Shown here piece by piece: positions 8,194 through 18,088 of a DNA stretch of 64,000 bases. Below the pieces are notes generated by a model that saw only the letters and a list, made by a program, of their open reading frames with translations, searched no databases and had not been told where the DNA came from. The position numbers and the translations under genes were made by a program. Source of the stretch: Terriglobia bacterium. Lineage in GTDB: Bacteria > Acidobacteriota > Terriglobia > 20CM-2-55-15. The stretch lies in contig CBDCLE010000012.1 of NCBI GenBank assembly GCA_965218585.1, positions 64,001-128,000 on the forward strand. The letters are read 5' to 3'. The first letter of the stretch is position 1. The number at the start of each line of letters is the position of its first letter.

Positions 8194-9735
8194 GAGTCTG
8201 CGCGGCAGAAGGACCGAAATTGGGCGGGAATGGATGGAAGATAGGGCATGCCACGAACTTACCGAGCCTATATTCCAGAACAGAGCCTGCTGATGCCACC
8301 GTCGCTGAGCGATTGGCTGGCCGAAGATCACCTGTCGTACTTCATATCGGATGCTGTGGACGCGATGGATTTGAGCGGGTTCGAACAGAGGCATGGAACT
8401 GACGGGCCTGGCAATCAGGCCTTCGATCCGCGGATGATGGTGAAGGTGATGATCTATGGGTACGGGACCGGAGTGTTTTCATCCAGGAAGATCGCAGCGA
8501 AGTTGAGAGAAGATGTGGCGTTCCGGATGTTGGGAGCCGAGAACTTTCCCGCGCACCGAACGATCTCGGATTTTCGCAAACTGCATCTTGAGGAGTTCGG
8601 GAAGCTGTTTGTGCAAGTGGTGATGATGGCGCGAGAAGCGGGTTTGGTGAAGATGGGGACGGTAGCGGTGGACGGAACCAAGATGCGGGCGAATGCGAGC
8701 AAACGCAAAGCGATGAGCTATCAACGCATGAAGAAGCAGGAGACCGAGTTGGGTGAGCAGATTCGGGATCTGTTGAACCGGGCGACCGCGACCGATGAGG
8801 ACGAAGACCAGCGTTACGGCAAGGACCGGCGCGGAGACGAACTACCCGACGGGTTGGCGACCCGTAAGAAGCGTCTGGCCACGATCCAGGCGGCGATGAA
8901 GCGACTCGAGGAACGTCAGATGGCTGCGGACCAGGAAGCCGGACGGAAACCGGGAGACGACGAACCGGGAAGCGGAAAGAAGGGCAAGCCATTCAAACGC
9001 CCCATGGGCGAGCCCAAGCCCAAGGCCCAGGAGAACTTCACCGATCCAGAAAGCCGGATCATGAAGACCTCCACGGAAGGGTTCCAGCAATGTTACAACG
9101 CGCAGGCGATGGTGGATTCCGAGGCCCGGATCATCGTGGCGACCACGGTGAGCGACAATGCGTCGGATGTGGGGCAGTTGGAGCCGACTCTGGATGCGGT
9201 GAACAACAACCTGGGAGAGTCTCCAGGCCGCGTGCTCGCTGATGCGGGGTATCGATCCGAGTCGAATCTGGGGATGTTAGAACAACGCCAAATTGATGGG
9301 TATGTCGCCATGGGGCGGGAGAAGGACCTGGACGATGCCCCCCTCCCGCCACAAGATACCGCGCTTGGTCGGATGACGAGAAAAATGAAATCCCCGTCTG
9401 GGCGTGATCGCTACCGGGCCAGAAAGCACATTGGTGAACCGCCCTTCGGGTGGATCAAATCGGTGCTCGGATTCCGACAGTTCAGTCTGCGAGGTTTGGA
9501 CAAGGTGACCTGTGAGTGGAACCTGGTGACTCTAGCAGTGAACTTACGACGGATGAACGGGAAGATCGAATGGGCCTAATCCGGAAAACCGGGACCGCCA
9601 CCCTTATCACACGGCTTACTACTGGAGTCCGCACCGGTCTGAGTTCATCATAACGGCAGAATCGGTCCGGTCGCCTCCGACAACACGATCAAATCCCAAT
9701 AAATCCAGGTTCTTTCCGCTCTGCCGCGCAGACTC
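8194..9735 (+). mobile_element. IS1182-family insertion sequence (1542 bp)
   Basis: 16-bp TIR gagtctgcgcggcaga and CTAG duplication at 8190-8193 / 9736-9739. Confidence 0.92.
8248..9579 (+). CDS. IS1182-family transposase
   Basis: Motifs LMPPSLSDWLAEDHL, FSSRKIA, VAVDGTKMRANAS, NFTDPESRIM, ADAGYRS, EPPFGWIK..GFRQFSLRG. Confidence 0.95.
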   Translation: MPRTYRAYIPEQSLLMPPSLSDWLAEDHLSYFISDAVDAMDLSGFEQRHGTDGPGNQAFDPRMMVKVMIYGYGTGVFSSRKIAAKLREDVAFRMLGAENFPAHRTISDFRKLHLEEFGKLFVQVVMMAREAGLVKMGTVAVDGTKMRANASKRKAMSYQRMKKQETELGEQIRDLLNRATATDEDEDQRYGKDRRGDELPDGLATRKKRLATIQAAMKRLEERQMAADQEAGRKPGDDEPGSGKKGKPFKRPMGEPKPKAQENFTDPESRIMKTSTEGFQQCYNAQAMVDSEARIIVATTVSDNASDVGQLEPTLDAVNNNLGESPGRVLADAGYRSESNLGMLEQRQIDGYVAMGREKDLDDAPLPPQDTALGRMTRKMKSPSGRDRYRARKHIGEPPFGWIKSVLGFRQFSLRGLDKVTCEWNLVTLAVNLRRMNGKIEWA

Positions 9736-9867
9736 CTAGGTTGTATACATCTTCCCGCATTCACACGTGAAGGGTTCACAACTACTCTATTGCCAACCCA
9801 ACCAAGTTCAGGGAACTCCGAACGTCGGCAACCTGTCTTGTCTTCTCTGCGTCTCTGCGCCTCTGCG

Positions 9868-10908
9868 TTATTTCTTCTTCTCCTTCGAGAGTTCTTCCAG
9901 GATCTTTTCTTTGAGTTCGGCAATTCCTTCGCCCGAAAGCGCGGAGACAAAGAAATCGGCGCCTCCAACCTCGGGCTTCTGCCCGATCAGATCTGACTTG
10001 TTATAGACACGCATCTGGGCGTGCGCCGCACAACCCAGGTCGTTGAGAACCCCATCGACGACTTCGATCTTGTCTGGATAATCGGCGTCGGCCACGTCGA
10101 CGACGTGCAGGATCAGATCCGATTCGGTCACCTCTTCGAGCGTCGCACGAAAAGCCGTCACCAATTCGTGGGGGAGTTTTCGAATGAAACCTACAGTGTC
10201 GGAAACCAGAACTTCAGTTCCCGCACCGAGGCGTATACGTCGGACGATAGGATCCAGAGTGGCAAAAACGCGATTCGAAATAAGCGTGTTCTGCCCGGAC
10301 AGCCTCTCAAACAAGGTCGACTTGCCGGCATTGGTGTATCCGACAAGAGAGACAGTCGGCAGATGGCTCCTCTTTCTCTGGGATCGGTGCAACTGGCGGT
10401 GTTTTCGGACCTGTTCGATCTCCTTCTTCAATTTGGCGATCCGAGTCCGGATTCGGCGTCGATCGACTTCCAGCTGCGTCTCGCCGGGGCCGCGTGTTCC
10501 GATGCCCCCGCCCAACCTGGACAGCAGTTCGCCGCGGCCCGCCAGATGGGAAATGCGATAGCTCAACTGAGCCAGCTCTACCTGTAACTTGCCTTCTCGA
10601 GTCTGGGCTCGGCGGGAAAAAATATCGAGGATCAGGCCGGTCCTGTCGATGACCTTCGTTTCCAGAAGGCGCTCAAGGTTGCGTGTCTGGCTGGGACTGA
10701 GCTCTTCATCGAAGACTACCAGGTCGACCCCTTCCAGCAGAACTTCATCGCGGATCTCGGACGCCTTTCCCTTGCCGATGAAGTAGGTTGGGTCAGGCAT
10801 GTCCCGACGTTGGACGAACTCGGCCACGACGCGGCCACCCGCAGCCGCAGTGAGCTCACGGAGTTCGTCTAAGGACTCCAGTCCCACCAGAATGGCGGTT
10901 TCGCTCAA
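9868..10908 (-). CDS. hflX: GTPase HflX
   Basis: GIGTRGPGETQLEVDRR, GYTNAGKS, FATLDP, DTVGFI, NKSD. Lies downstream of hfq. Confidence 0.97.
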   Translation of the reverse strand: MSETAILVGLESLDELRELTAAAGGRVVAEFVQRRDMPDPTYFIGKGKASEIRDEVLLEGVDLVVFDEELSPSQTRNLERLLETKVIDRTGLILDIFSRRAQTREGKLQVELAQLSYRISHLAGRGELLSRLGGGIGTRGPGETQLEVDRRRIRTRIAKLKKEIEQVRKHRQLHRSQRKRSHLPTVSLVGYTNAGKSTLFERLSGQNTLISNRVFATLDPIVRRIRLGAGTEVLVSDTVGFIRKLPHELVTAFRATLEEVTESDLILHVVDVADADYPDKIEVVDGVLNDLGCAAHAQMRVYNKSDLIGQKPEVGGADFFVSALSGEGIAELKEKILEELSKEKKK

Positions 10909-10962
10909 TGAGTGTGCTCAGCTATCGGCTGTCAGCCGGAGGCCCACAGGCCGTCGGCCGCT

Positions 10963-11244
10963 TCACGACGCGTCTTGAGGAGGAGGAGGAGGAGGGGGCT
11001 CTCGACGAGGAGGTCCCGCGGGACGCGAGGAAGACCCCTGCCGTGACGTCGTAACGGTTGAGATAGCATGTTTGAAGATCAGCTGGTCCTGGTGATTGGC
11101 CTCCAGGATGACTGAATACTTGTCGAAACCCCTCAGCCGGCCCATGAGCTTTACTCCACTCATCAGAAAAATCGTCACAGGTAACTTCTCGCGACGGACC
11201 GTGTTGAGATAAACATCCTGGATATTCTGAGTTTTGCCTTCCAT
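10963..11244 (-). CDS. hfq: RNA chaperone Hfq
   Basis: QNIQDVYLN...FDKYSVIL...LIFKHAIST, in the miaA-hfq-hflX order. Confidence 0.97.
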   Translation of the reverse strand: MEGKTQNIQDVYLNTVRREKLPVTIFLMSGVKLMGRLRGFDKYSVILEANHQDQLIFKHAISTVTTSRQGSSSRPAGPPRREPPPPPPPQDAS

Positions 11245-11256
11245 CAGGGAACCCCC

Positions 11257-12234
11257 CTAAAAAGTTGATTGGAAATCCTTGGGCGTCTGGCCCAAGTTTC
11301 CAAGAGTATGGTCAATAAACTGATGGATTCTTTCTCTTATCTGTCCTTCGTCGCCGAATCCATCGAACCAGGTAACGGTATGCTGCTTCCTGAACCACGT
11401 CAACTGGCGTTTCGCATATCGACGCGTGTCCCGTTCGGTCAACATCATCGCGTCATCAAGAGAGATTGTGCCATCGATGTATTCTAAAACCTGACGATAC
11501 CCGATGGCTCGAAACGCACTCGCTTCGGGCTTCACGCCTCTTGCTAGAATGCTCTTAACTTCTTCAACCAGACCCGCTTCGAACATCTGTCCGACACGCC
11601 TCCCGATCCGTTCGTAGAGGGCGGCACGGGGTGGATCCAGCCCGATAATGTTGAAAGCAAAGCCCTTAATGGGGCGACGGGGTGTGGAATCAAGATGGGA
11701 CGAAAGCCTCTGTCCCGTCATCAAACGGACCTCCAGGGCGCGAATCACTTTCGGAAGATCCCGTGGAGCGATGCGTTGGGCCGAGGCGGGATCCAGCCGC
11801 TCCAGCAGCGAGTGGAGATACTCCCTTCCCTTCTCTTCCGCTCTGGCCTGCATGCGAGTCCGCCAGTAGGTCGAGGGCCCTGGACCGTCGAACAAACCTT
11901 CCATGACCGCACGCAAATACAGCCCAGTGCCACCAACCAATATCGGCAACCGGTCGCGATTTCGTATGCCGTCGAGGACCTCTCGGGCACGCCGCTGGTA
12001 GGCGCCGGCACTCGAAGTCTCATCCGGATCCAGGATGTCGATCAGATGATGAGGGACCCGCTGCTGATCGCCTTCAGATGGCTTGGCAGTGCCAATGGTC
12101 AGTTGGCGGAAAAGTTGGAGCGAGTCGTAGTTGACGATCTCACCGTCGAAGGTCTCGGCGAGGTAGATCGCAAGATCGGACTTGCCACTGGCGGTCGGGC
12201 CCGCGATCGCTATCGCAGGGTACATGTGCACCAC
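11257..12234 (-). CDS. miaA: tRNA dimethylallyltransferase
   Basis: GPTASGKS, GGTGLY, AIGYRQ, RRYAKRQLTWF. Confidence 0.97.
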   Translation of the reverse strand: MVHMYPAIAIAGPTASGKSDLAIYLAETFDGEIVNYDSLQLFRQLTIGTAKPSEGDQQRVPHHLIDILDPDETSSAGAYQRRAREVLDGIRNRDRLPILVGGTGLYLRAVMEGLFDGPGPSTYWRTRMQARAEEKGREYLHSLLERLDPASAQRIAPRDLPKVIRALEVRLMTGQRLSSHLDSTPRRPIKGFAFNIIGLDPPRAALYERIGRRVGQMFEAGLVEEVKSILARGVKPEASAFRAIGYRQVLEYIDGTISLDDAMMLTERDTRRYAKRQLTWFRKQHTVTWFDGFGDEGQIRERIHQFIDHTLGNLGQTPKDFQSTF

Positions 12235-12238
12235 ATCC

Positions 12239-13978
12239 CTAATATATGCTTTCTATCTCGATTCCCTGATAGTAGGTCTTCAAAATTTCCTCGGCCGATG
12301 CGCCGTCGATCGCCATTCCATAAGCTCCGACCTGACATAGACCGACGCCATGGCCCCACCCCCCACCGAAGAAGCTCATTCCCAGAAGCTCACGACGGGC
12401 GTTGCGCTCCTCATCGATATAGACCAGGCTGTCACGCAAGCCCAGAAGGGTTCTGAGGCGAGAACCTTCGATGACACGCATCCCCTCGGTGCCCCTCATT
12501 TCGACGCGTACGGCGCGACCTGAGCGGCCCCTGGAAAGGATGGCAATGTCATCCAAACGCCCGATGCTCAGGGGGCGGACCGCTTCGTCCAACTCTTCGC
12601 CAGTCCGATGCGTCTCCCAGTCGGCCAGGGGCGAGTAACGATCCGCTGCTGGATCCTCGGGTCCAGGACGGTAAACGAGGGCTTCGATCTGCTCGTCGAT
12701 GATTCGCAGTTCCATACTTTCTCCACCCAGCCAGGCGCCCTGATCGACAGGAATGCGTTCCTCACCGACGCGTCTGAATATAGCCGCATCAGGTGCAAGG
12801 GTCAGTCGTAGGATTTCCGGTCCGATTCTGGTCTCGAAAACTTCTCCGTCCCAGTGAATCAGACGGGCATCCTGCCACTCGAAAGCGTTCTTTCTGAGCA
12901 ACAGGCGAAGAAGGACAGCGTGCATCTCGTTCTCACCGGTTATCGACAAAACTCCCTGCTCCTGGAGAAAGAGGAGGTCCGACTCGGCCGGTATGCCGGG
13001 AAAGAATCGGCTCTTTATGAAGGATGCCAAATCCTCGGCGCTCCCCGCGGAGGGCGAATCCACATCGGCCATACCAAGGAAGCGTCCGGCTGTGGGAAAG
13101 TCGACTACCCCGGCGATTCCCAACAGGCCGTCGTCCCAGTCCTGATAGAGGGTTGTCGACTGAAACAGCATGGGTTCGGGATGTTCGTAATGACAGATCG
13201 TCGATACTAGGTAAGGAATGCTCTCTCCAAATACGTTTTCGGCGTCCTCGGTCTGGCCACCGCACGTCGAACTGTACAGCGCGTTGATCGGCTCTCCTTC
13301 ATACGTCGCAATCTGACCCCGAGTCTCTCGAACAGCCTCGGTGGCAAGAGGGTGCTCGGTATCGAGCCCTCTGTAAACCTGGCAGAAATCCGTGTCACAG
13401 ATGTCGAAGCCTTCGTCTTCGAACTGTCCGAGATTGCGCACAATGTAGGTCCGGGCAGCCACGGACTGGGCCTTCAGTGCCTCAAGCTCTGGAAAGGTGT
13501 CCGGACCGAGTTCGTTGGGAACGACTCCGAGCAGATATTCTTCCAGCGGCAATTCATTGACGAGGGTAAGCGCGTCAGAAGCTCCCAGTACCTCAAGATT
13601 TCCACGATAGGCGTTTCCATTGACGCGCAGCGGCGCTTCGCCGGGGTCAATCGGGATCCGGGCAGTCATTGGTCGGAGAAAGACGCGCTGATCGTCTGTT
13701 TCCACGGCGATACGGCTCTCCAGATCGTCCCTGTCGAAGGGACCCTCGCCCTGACCGATCGCTATGACAATCGAAAACTCGGCCCTCTCGGTGGAGATCC
13801 CTTCCACGACAAACGGGGCGATCGAACTGAGCGTGAATCCCTCAACATTCCGTTCGATGCCGATCCGGACAGTTGGTTCTCCGGGCAGTGACACCTGTGA
13901 CAACAGGACAAACCCCACCATCAACCTGAACCGCCCCAACCAACTCCTCGTAACCTTGAACATATTATTTTTGAACAT
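12239..13978 (-). CDS. SpoIID/LytB-domain protein
   Basis: VNELPLEEYLLGVVPNE, ALKAQSVAARTY, YSSTCGGQT, GWGHGVGLCQ. Start is uncertain. Confidence 0.9.
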   Translation of the reverse strand: MFKNNMFKVTRSWLGRFRLMVGFVLLSQVSLPGEPTVRIGIERNVEGFTLSSIAPFVVEGISTERAEFSIVIAIGQGEGPFDRDDLESRIAVETDDQRVFLRPMTARIPIDPGEAPLRVNGNAYRGNLEVLGASDALTLVNELPLEEYLLGVVPNELGPDTFPELEALKAQSVAARTYIVRNLGQFEDEGFDICDTDFCQVYRGLDTEHPLATEAVRETRGQIATYEGEPINALYSSTCGGQTEDAENVFGESIPYLVSTICHYEHPEPMLFQSTTLYQDWDDGLLGIAGVVDFPTAGRFLGMADVDSPSAGSAEDLASFIKSRFFPGIPAESDLLFLQEQGVLSITGENEMHAVLLRLLLRKNAFEWQDARLIHWDGEVFETRIGPEILRLTLAPDAAIFRRVGEERIPVDQGAWLGGESMELRIIDEQIEALVYRPGPEDPAADRYSPLADWETHRTGEELDEAVRPLSIGRLDDIAILSRGRSGRAVRVEMRGTEGMRVIEGSRLRTLLGLRDSLVYIDEERNARRELLGMSFFGGGWGHGVGLCQVGAYGMAIDGASAEEILKTYYQGIEIESIY

Positions 13979-13986
13979 ATTATTTT

Positions 13987-14129
13987 TTCAACGCAGAGGC
14001 GCAAAGACGCAAACGATAAGCCCGTATGTTCCCAAACAAGACTCTGCGAACCCAGCCATTTCAAGCTGATCTTGATGAAGGCAGCCTGATCGGTCTTTTC
14101 TTCCTTCGCGTCTTTGCGCCTTTGCGGTA
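13987..14129. repeat. Palindromic repeat element (CGCAGAG/CGCAAAG family)
   Basis: aacgcagaggcgcaaagacgcaaa ... ttcgcgtctttgcgcctttgcggt. Confidence 0.8.
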
Positions 14130-14142
14130 GTTCTTCCAATCA

Positions 14143-15249
14143 TCAGTTCATGTTGTACAAAAACGTGAACTGCAAGACGAGGTGATCGTCATCATAGTCC
14201 AGGGGTATTCGTGGAAATGGATTGGAGGCTGTTATCGCCGCCGTGGCGGCGCGGTCCAGAGACAGTGTCCCGGAGTTGGCCACGAGCTGCAAATCCGTGA
14301 CATCACCAGTCTTTGTAATCGTGAAAATCAAAACAACCCTTCCCCGGCTCTGTCTCAAACGGGCAGCCTCCGGGATCAGCGAATACCAGTTCACCCGTAC
14401 CCGGTTCACAACCTGGTTCATGTAAGGCCCGAAGTCATAGCCGCGTGTATCGGAGAGGATCGTCGGTTCCTCTGTCGTGAAATCCGGGATCTGGGGAACG
14501 CCCTGTCGAATTCCGGGGCGACGGCCGTCGATGATGGCGCGTCGATCCTCGGCCAGGTTCTCTTCAACGATGCTCTCGGCGCGTTCTCTGAGATCGGGCA
14601 GCAGAAGCGCGTTGGGGTTGGTGTTCTCCGCGAGTTCTGTCAGGTCCTCATCAGAGCCAGGCACCGCCTCTCGTGCTTCCTCAGCCTCGAGGGCGGCCAA
14701 CTCTTCCCCGGCATCCGGGTCGCCCAGTTCCTCCCCCAGTTCTCCCGTTTCTCCCTCGTCCGGACCGATCTCAACGATGGCCAGATCCTCCGATCCCTCA
14801 GGGCCTGGTGGCTCGACTTCGGCCTCGGGCACAGCGTCCGGTCGGGCTCCCTCGGCGATCACGTCGTCCGGACCGATGATGGGAGGCGGAGGCAGAGGGA
14901 CATCCTCTTCTTCCGAAGACGGAGGGGGAGGTGGCGGCGGCGCAGCTTCGACAGCGGGAGGGAGTGCGATTGCCGGCCCGGGTTCGGCCTCCGCTATCTG
15001 TGGCGGTTCAGGGATCGGCACGATGGCCTCGGGTGGCAGGATAAGATCGAATTGTTCGAAACGATTCGTGTCGTACTCCTGGCCCGCAATCCGTATGATC
15101 CGCGTCGGCGTACTCCTCAGGAATTCCGGGTTGAAGAACACGAACAGGAACAGGAGCGCATGCAAGCCAATCGACACGCTCAGGCTTCGCTGCCTCTGCA
15201 ACCCGAATTCGGGTCTGTTCTTCAACTCTAATTGGAGTTCCTGTTTCAT
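14143..15249 (-). CDS. TonB/TolA-family periplasmic protein
   Basis: SIGLH transmembrane anchor, Pro/Glu-rich linker and TonB C-terminal domain (DFGPY...SGTLSLDRAA). Confidence 0.85.
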   Translation of the reverse strand: MKQELQLELKNRPEFGLQRQRSLSVSIGLHALLFLFVFFNPEFLRSTPTRIIRIAGQEYDTNRFEQFDLILPPEAIVPIPEPPQIAEAEPGPAIALPPAVEAAPPPPPPPSSEEEDVPLPPPPIIGPDDVIAEGARPDAVPEAEVEPPGPEGSEDLAIVEIGPDEGETGELGEELGDPDAGEELAALEAEEAREAVPGSDEDLTELAENTNPNALLLPDLRERAESIVEENLAEDRRAIIDGRRPGIRQGVPQIPDFTTEEPTILSDTRGYDFGPYMNQVVNRVRVNWYSLIPEAARLRQSRGRVVLIFTITKTGDVTDLQLVANSGTLSLDRAATAAITASNPFPRIPLDYDDDHLVLQFTFLYNMN

Positions 15250-15263
15250 GTGCTGTCTTCACA

Positions 15264-15291
15264 CTTGGGGACTGACTCTTCTGTCCCCAAG
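15264..15291. repeat. Short REP-like hairpin
   Basis: cttggggac-tgactcttct-gtccccaag, sharing the GGGAC/GTCCC core of 22116-22191. Confidence 0.55.
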
Positions 15292-15307
15292 CGATGACTT
15301 TTCCTCG

Positions 15308-16270
15308 TCACTGACTTACGCCGTGGACAGAGGTGTCTGTCCCCTGCTCGTTTCGCGACAGATGTGCATCGATCTTTTCAAGGACCAACATAGCCACATC
15401 CAATGCTTTGAGGCCATCCTCGCCACTCACACGCGCGGGGCTCCTTTCCCGAACAGAAGAAACAAACGCCGCCAACTGCTCCTTGAGCGGTTCCCTTTCG
15501 CCTGGTTCCAGCTTTTCCTGACGGATACGCCCTCCATCTAAGGAGAGAACGTAGCCCGTCTGAGACGTGTAATCCAGCGAAACGTAGTCGTTAGGTTGAA
15601 AGAACCTCAGTTTGCGCACCGAATCCGTGCTCACACGGCTTGCCGTCAGATTTGCCACGCAGCCGTCTTCGAACTCCAGACGCACGTTCGCTATGTCCGC
15701 CTTGTTGGAAAGAACAGGTATACCGACAGCCCGGATCTCGGATACGGGAGAATCGACAAGTGCCAAAACGATGTCTATGTCGTGAATCATCAGATCGAGG
15801 ACTACGTCGATATCAAGGCTGCGCATCGAAAACTTGTTCAACCGATGGACTTCGAAAAACTGCGGCCGGGTCGCCACCCGGCAAGCCGCCTCAACCACTG
15901 GATTGAAACGTTCAACGTGGCCAACTTGCAAAATCCGATCTTTCTCCCGGGCGGTCCGGTTCATCGCCCGCGCCTGATCACCATCCTGCGCTATCGGTTT
16001 CTCGACTAACACATCCAGACCATGTTCCAGACAATCGACTCCGATAGACGCATGCATCTCAGTAGGCGCCGCAATGCTGACTGCGTCCACCTGTCCAAAC
16101 AACTCCTTGTAATCGGTGAACGCCTCGGCCCCGTGCTCGGAACCGATCGCCTTGGCCCGATCGCTCAGCACGTCGGCCACGCCGACCAAGTCGACACCGT
16201 CCAACTCGGAATAGATCCGGGCATGATGCTTGCCCAGGTGCCCGACTCCAATGACGCCAACCCTCAACAT
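15308..16270 (-). CDS. Gfo/Idh/MocA oxidoreductase, GnnA-like (UDP-GlcNAc 3-dehydrogenase)
   Basis: GVGHLG, EKP, GHVERFNP, LDLMIHDID. Located directly after lpxA-lpxI. Confidence 0.8.
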   Translation of the reverse strand: MLRVGVIGVGHLGKHHARIYSELDGVDLVGVADVLSDRAKAIGSEHGAEAFTDYKELFGQVDAVSIAAPTEMHASIGVDCLEHGLDVLVEKPIAQDGDQARAMNRTAREKDRILQVGHVERFNPVVEAACRVATRPQFFEVHRLNKFSMRSLDIDVVLDLMIHDIDIVLALVDSPVSEIRAVGIPVLSNKADIANVRLEFEDGCVANLTASRVSTDSVRKLRFFQPNDYVSLDYTSQTGYVLSLDGGRIRQEKLEPGEREPLKEQLAAFVSSVRERSPARVSGEDGLKALDVAMLVLEKIDAHLSRNEQGTDTSVHGVSQ

Positions 16271-16292
16271 ATTCAGATCACTACAAAGAGTT

Positions 16293-16474
16293 TTTCACCG
16301 CAAAGACGCGAAGGCGCAAAGAATAAGAGAGAGATAGGTTGTGTAGGATTCTGCGAAACCAACTCTTGTGGTTCCCAACAACCGCGTTGCTGACCCAACT
16401 ATTTCTGGTCGAGCTAAACCTAGGCAACCTAGTTCTGTCTTTTCTTCCTTTGCGTCTTTGCGTCTTTGCGGTAA
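16293..16474. repeat. Palindromic repeat element
   Basis: accgcaaagacgcgaaggcgcaaag ... ctttgcgtctttgcgtctttgcggt. Confidence 0.85.
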
Positions 16475-16485
16475 TAACATCGGAT

Positions 16486-17301
16486 TCATTCCACGGCCAC
16501 TATCGTGATGTTGTTTTCGTCCGCGGTGCGGATCAGGTCTTCACGATCGATCATCAGCGTCTTCCCTGCTTCGACGGCCAGAGCTGTTACATTCGATTCC
16601 ATCATTGTAGTGAGCGTTTCTGGTCCCACGACAGGAACATCGAAGCGCAGGTCCTGGTTGGGTTTCGCCAGTTTCACCAGAGTCAATTGCCGGCCGTTAA
16701 CCAGTGAGGCTGCCCGCCGAACCACAGCGTCGGTACCCTCCATAGCCTCCAGGGCGACACACGCCCCATCACACACAACGGCGGACTGCCCGAGATCAAG
16801 CCGGCCCAGTTCCCGGACAATACGACAGCCATAATCCAGATTCTGCTGTTCCTCTTCGGACGGAGTTCTGGCCGACAACACTCCGGGATCTGGTAACAAC
16901 GGGCCCAGAAACGCAGTCGAGTCCATCAGCTGAATGCCCTCTTTCTCAAGAACCTTGGCCACACCACCGATCAGAGAATCTGTCGACTTCGTCGCCAACC
17001 CCGCCAGCATCTGGATCATCTTCAGGTCCGGGACGATACCGCTGAAGATCTGCTTGTGCTTTACCTGCCCCGCCATCACGGCCTGGCTCACGCCTTCGGA
17101 CTTGAAAGTCTTGATCAACTTCCCCAGCTGTCCAAGCGACATCCAATGAACGTTCTCGGATTCGTCTTCAATCTCCGGAAACGTTTCCTCCTTGATGGCC
17201 GCAACAACCATGTCGATACCCTGACTGCGCGCCGCCTCCAGAACCAGAAACGGGAATCGACCATTACCCGCTATGAGACCGACTCTACTTGACGATTCCA
17301 C
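16486..17301 (-). CDS. lpxI: UDP-2,3-diacylglucosamine hydrolase LpxI
   Basis: GLIAGNGRFP, LDLGQ, EAMEGTD, QDLRFDVPVVG. GTG start overlaps the lpxA end. Confidence 0.92.
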   Translation of the reverse strand: MESSSRVGLIAGNGRFPFLVLEAARSQGIDMVVAAIKEETFPEIEDESENVHWMSLGQLGKLIKTFKSEGVSQAVMAGQVKHKQIFSGIVPDLKMIQMLAGLATKSTDSLIGGVAKVLEKEGIQLMDSTAFLGPLLPDPGVLSARTPSEEEQQNLDYGCRIVRELGRLDLGQSAVVCDGACVALEAMEGTDAVVRRAASLVNGRQLTLVKLAKPNQDLRFDVPVVGPETLTTMMESNVTALAVEAGKTLMIDREDLIRTADENNITIVAVE

Positions 17302-18088
17302 GATCCGACTTCTCGATAAAATCAATGACAATCCGGGTTTCCGGAGAGTCGACCTCACGACGTATCGCCTCGACTGCCTGTGAAGTATTCAGCTTCGACT
17401 GGAGCAGCAGGCGGAAAGCTTTCTTGATGCCGGAAATCTGGTCGGACGAAAAGCCTTTCCTTTCGAGACCGACAGTATTGACCCCGAACGCTTTCGTATT
17501 TCTCGCGCTGACAGATTTCGAAAACGGCAGGACGTCCTTGGTAATGACGGAATATCCGCCCACGTAACCGTGAAAACCGACGCGGCAAAACTGGTGGACA
17601 CCTGAAAAGGCTCCGATCGTGGCGTGATCCTCAATCGTGACATGTCCGGCAAGCGTAGCCGCATTTGCCATGATGATGTCGTTGCCCAGAACACAGTCGT
17701 GAGCCACGTGGGAATAGACCATTAGGAAATTCCGATCGCCGATCCGGGTCTCTCCACCGCCACCCGCCGTTCCGCGATGAACGTTCGCGTACTCCCGGAA
17801 AACATTGTCGTCTCCGATCGACAAAGTCGTTTCCTCACCACTGTGTTTGAGATCCTGGGGTTCGAGGCCGATCGTGGCGAACGGATAAAATCTGTTGTTG
17901 GTTCCGATCTCGGTGGGACCCTCGATAACGACGTGGGAATCGAGGCGGCAACCCGGCCCGACCTTGACGCCGTCGCCGATGGTGCAGTAGGGGCCGACCT
18001 GCACGTCGTCAGCAAGAACCGCCGCCGGGTTGACAACCGCACTGGGGTGGATCGTTGGAGAGGGTACTGGCAAGGGTTTACTCTTCAC
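17285..18088 (-). CDS. lpxA: UDP-N-acetylglucosamine acyltransferase
   Basis: Hexapeptide repeats, PQDLK, HRGT, HVAHDC, LAGHV, HQFCR. Confidence 0.96.
   Translation of the reverse strand: MKSKPLPVPSPTIHPSAVVNPAAVLADDVQVGPYCTIGDGVKVGPGCRLDSHVVIEGPTEIGTNNRFYPFATIGLEPQDLKHSGEETTLSIGDDNVFREYANVHRGTAGGGGETRIGDRNFLMVYSHVAHDCVLGNDIIMANAATLAGHVTIEDHATIGAFSGVHQFCRVGFHGYVGGYSVITKDVLPFSKSVSARNTKAFGVNTVGLERKGFSSDQISGIKKAFRLLLQSKLNTSQAVEAIRREVDSPETRIVIDFIEKSDRGIVK

Larger units (their letters stand above)
8154..9870. repeat. Palindromic ~170-bp repeat element (8154-8193 plus 9740-9870) split by IS1182
   Basis: Arms aatgcagagacgcggagacgcagag and ctctgcgtctctgcgcctctgcgtta. The interior is homologous to other copies in the window. 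Confidence 0.8.
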
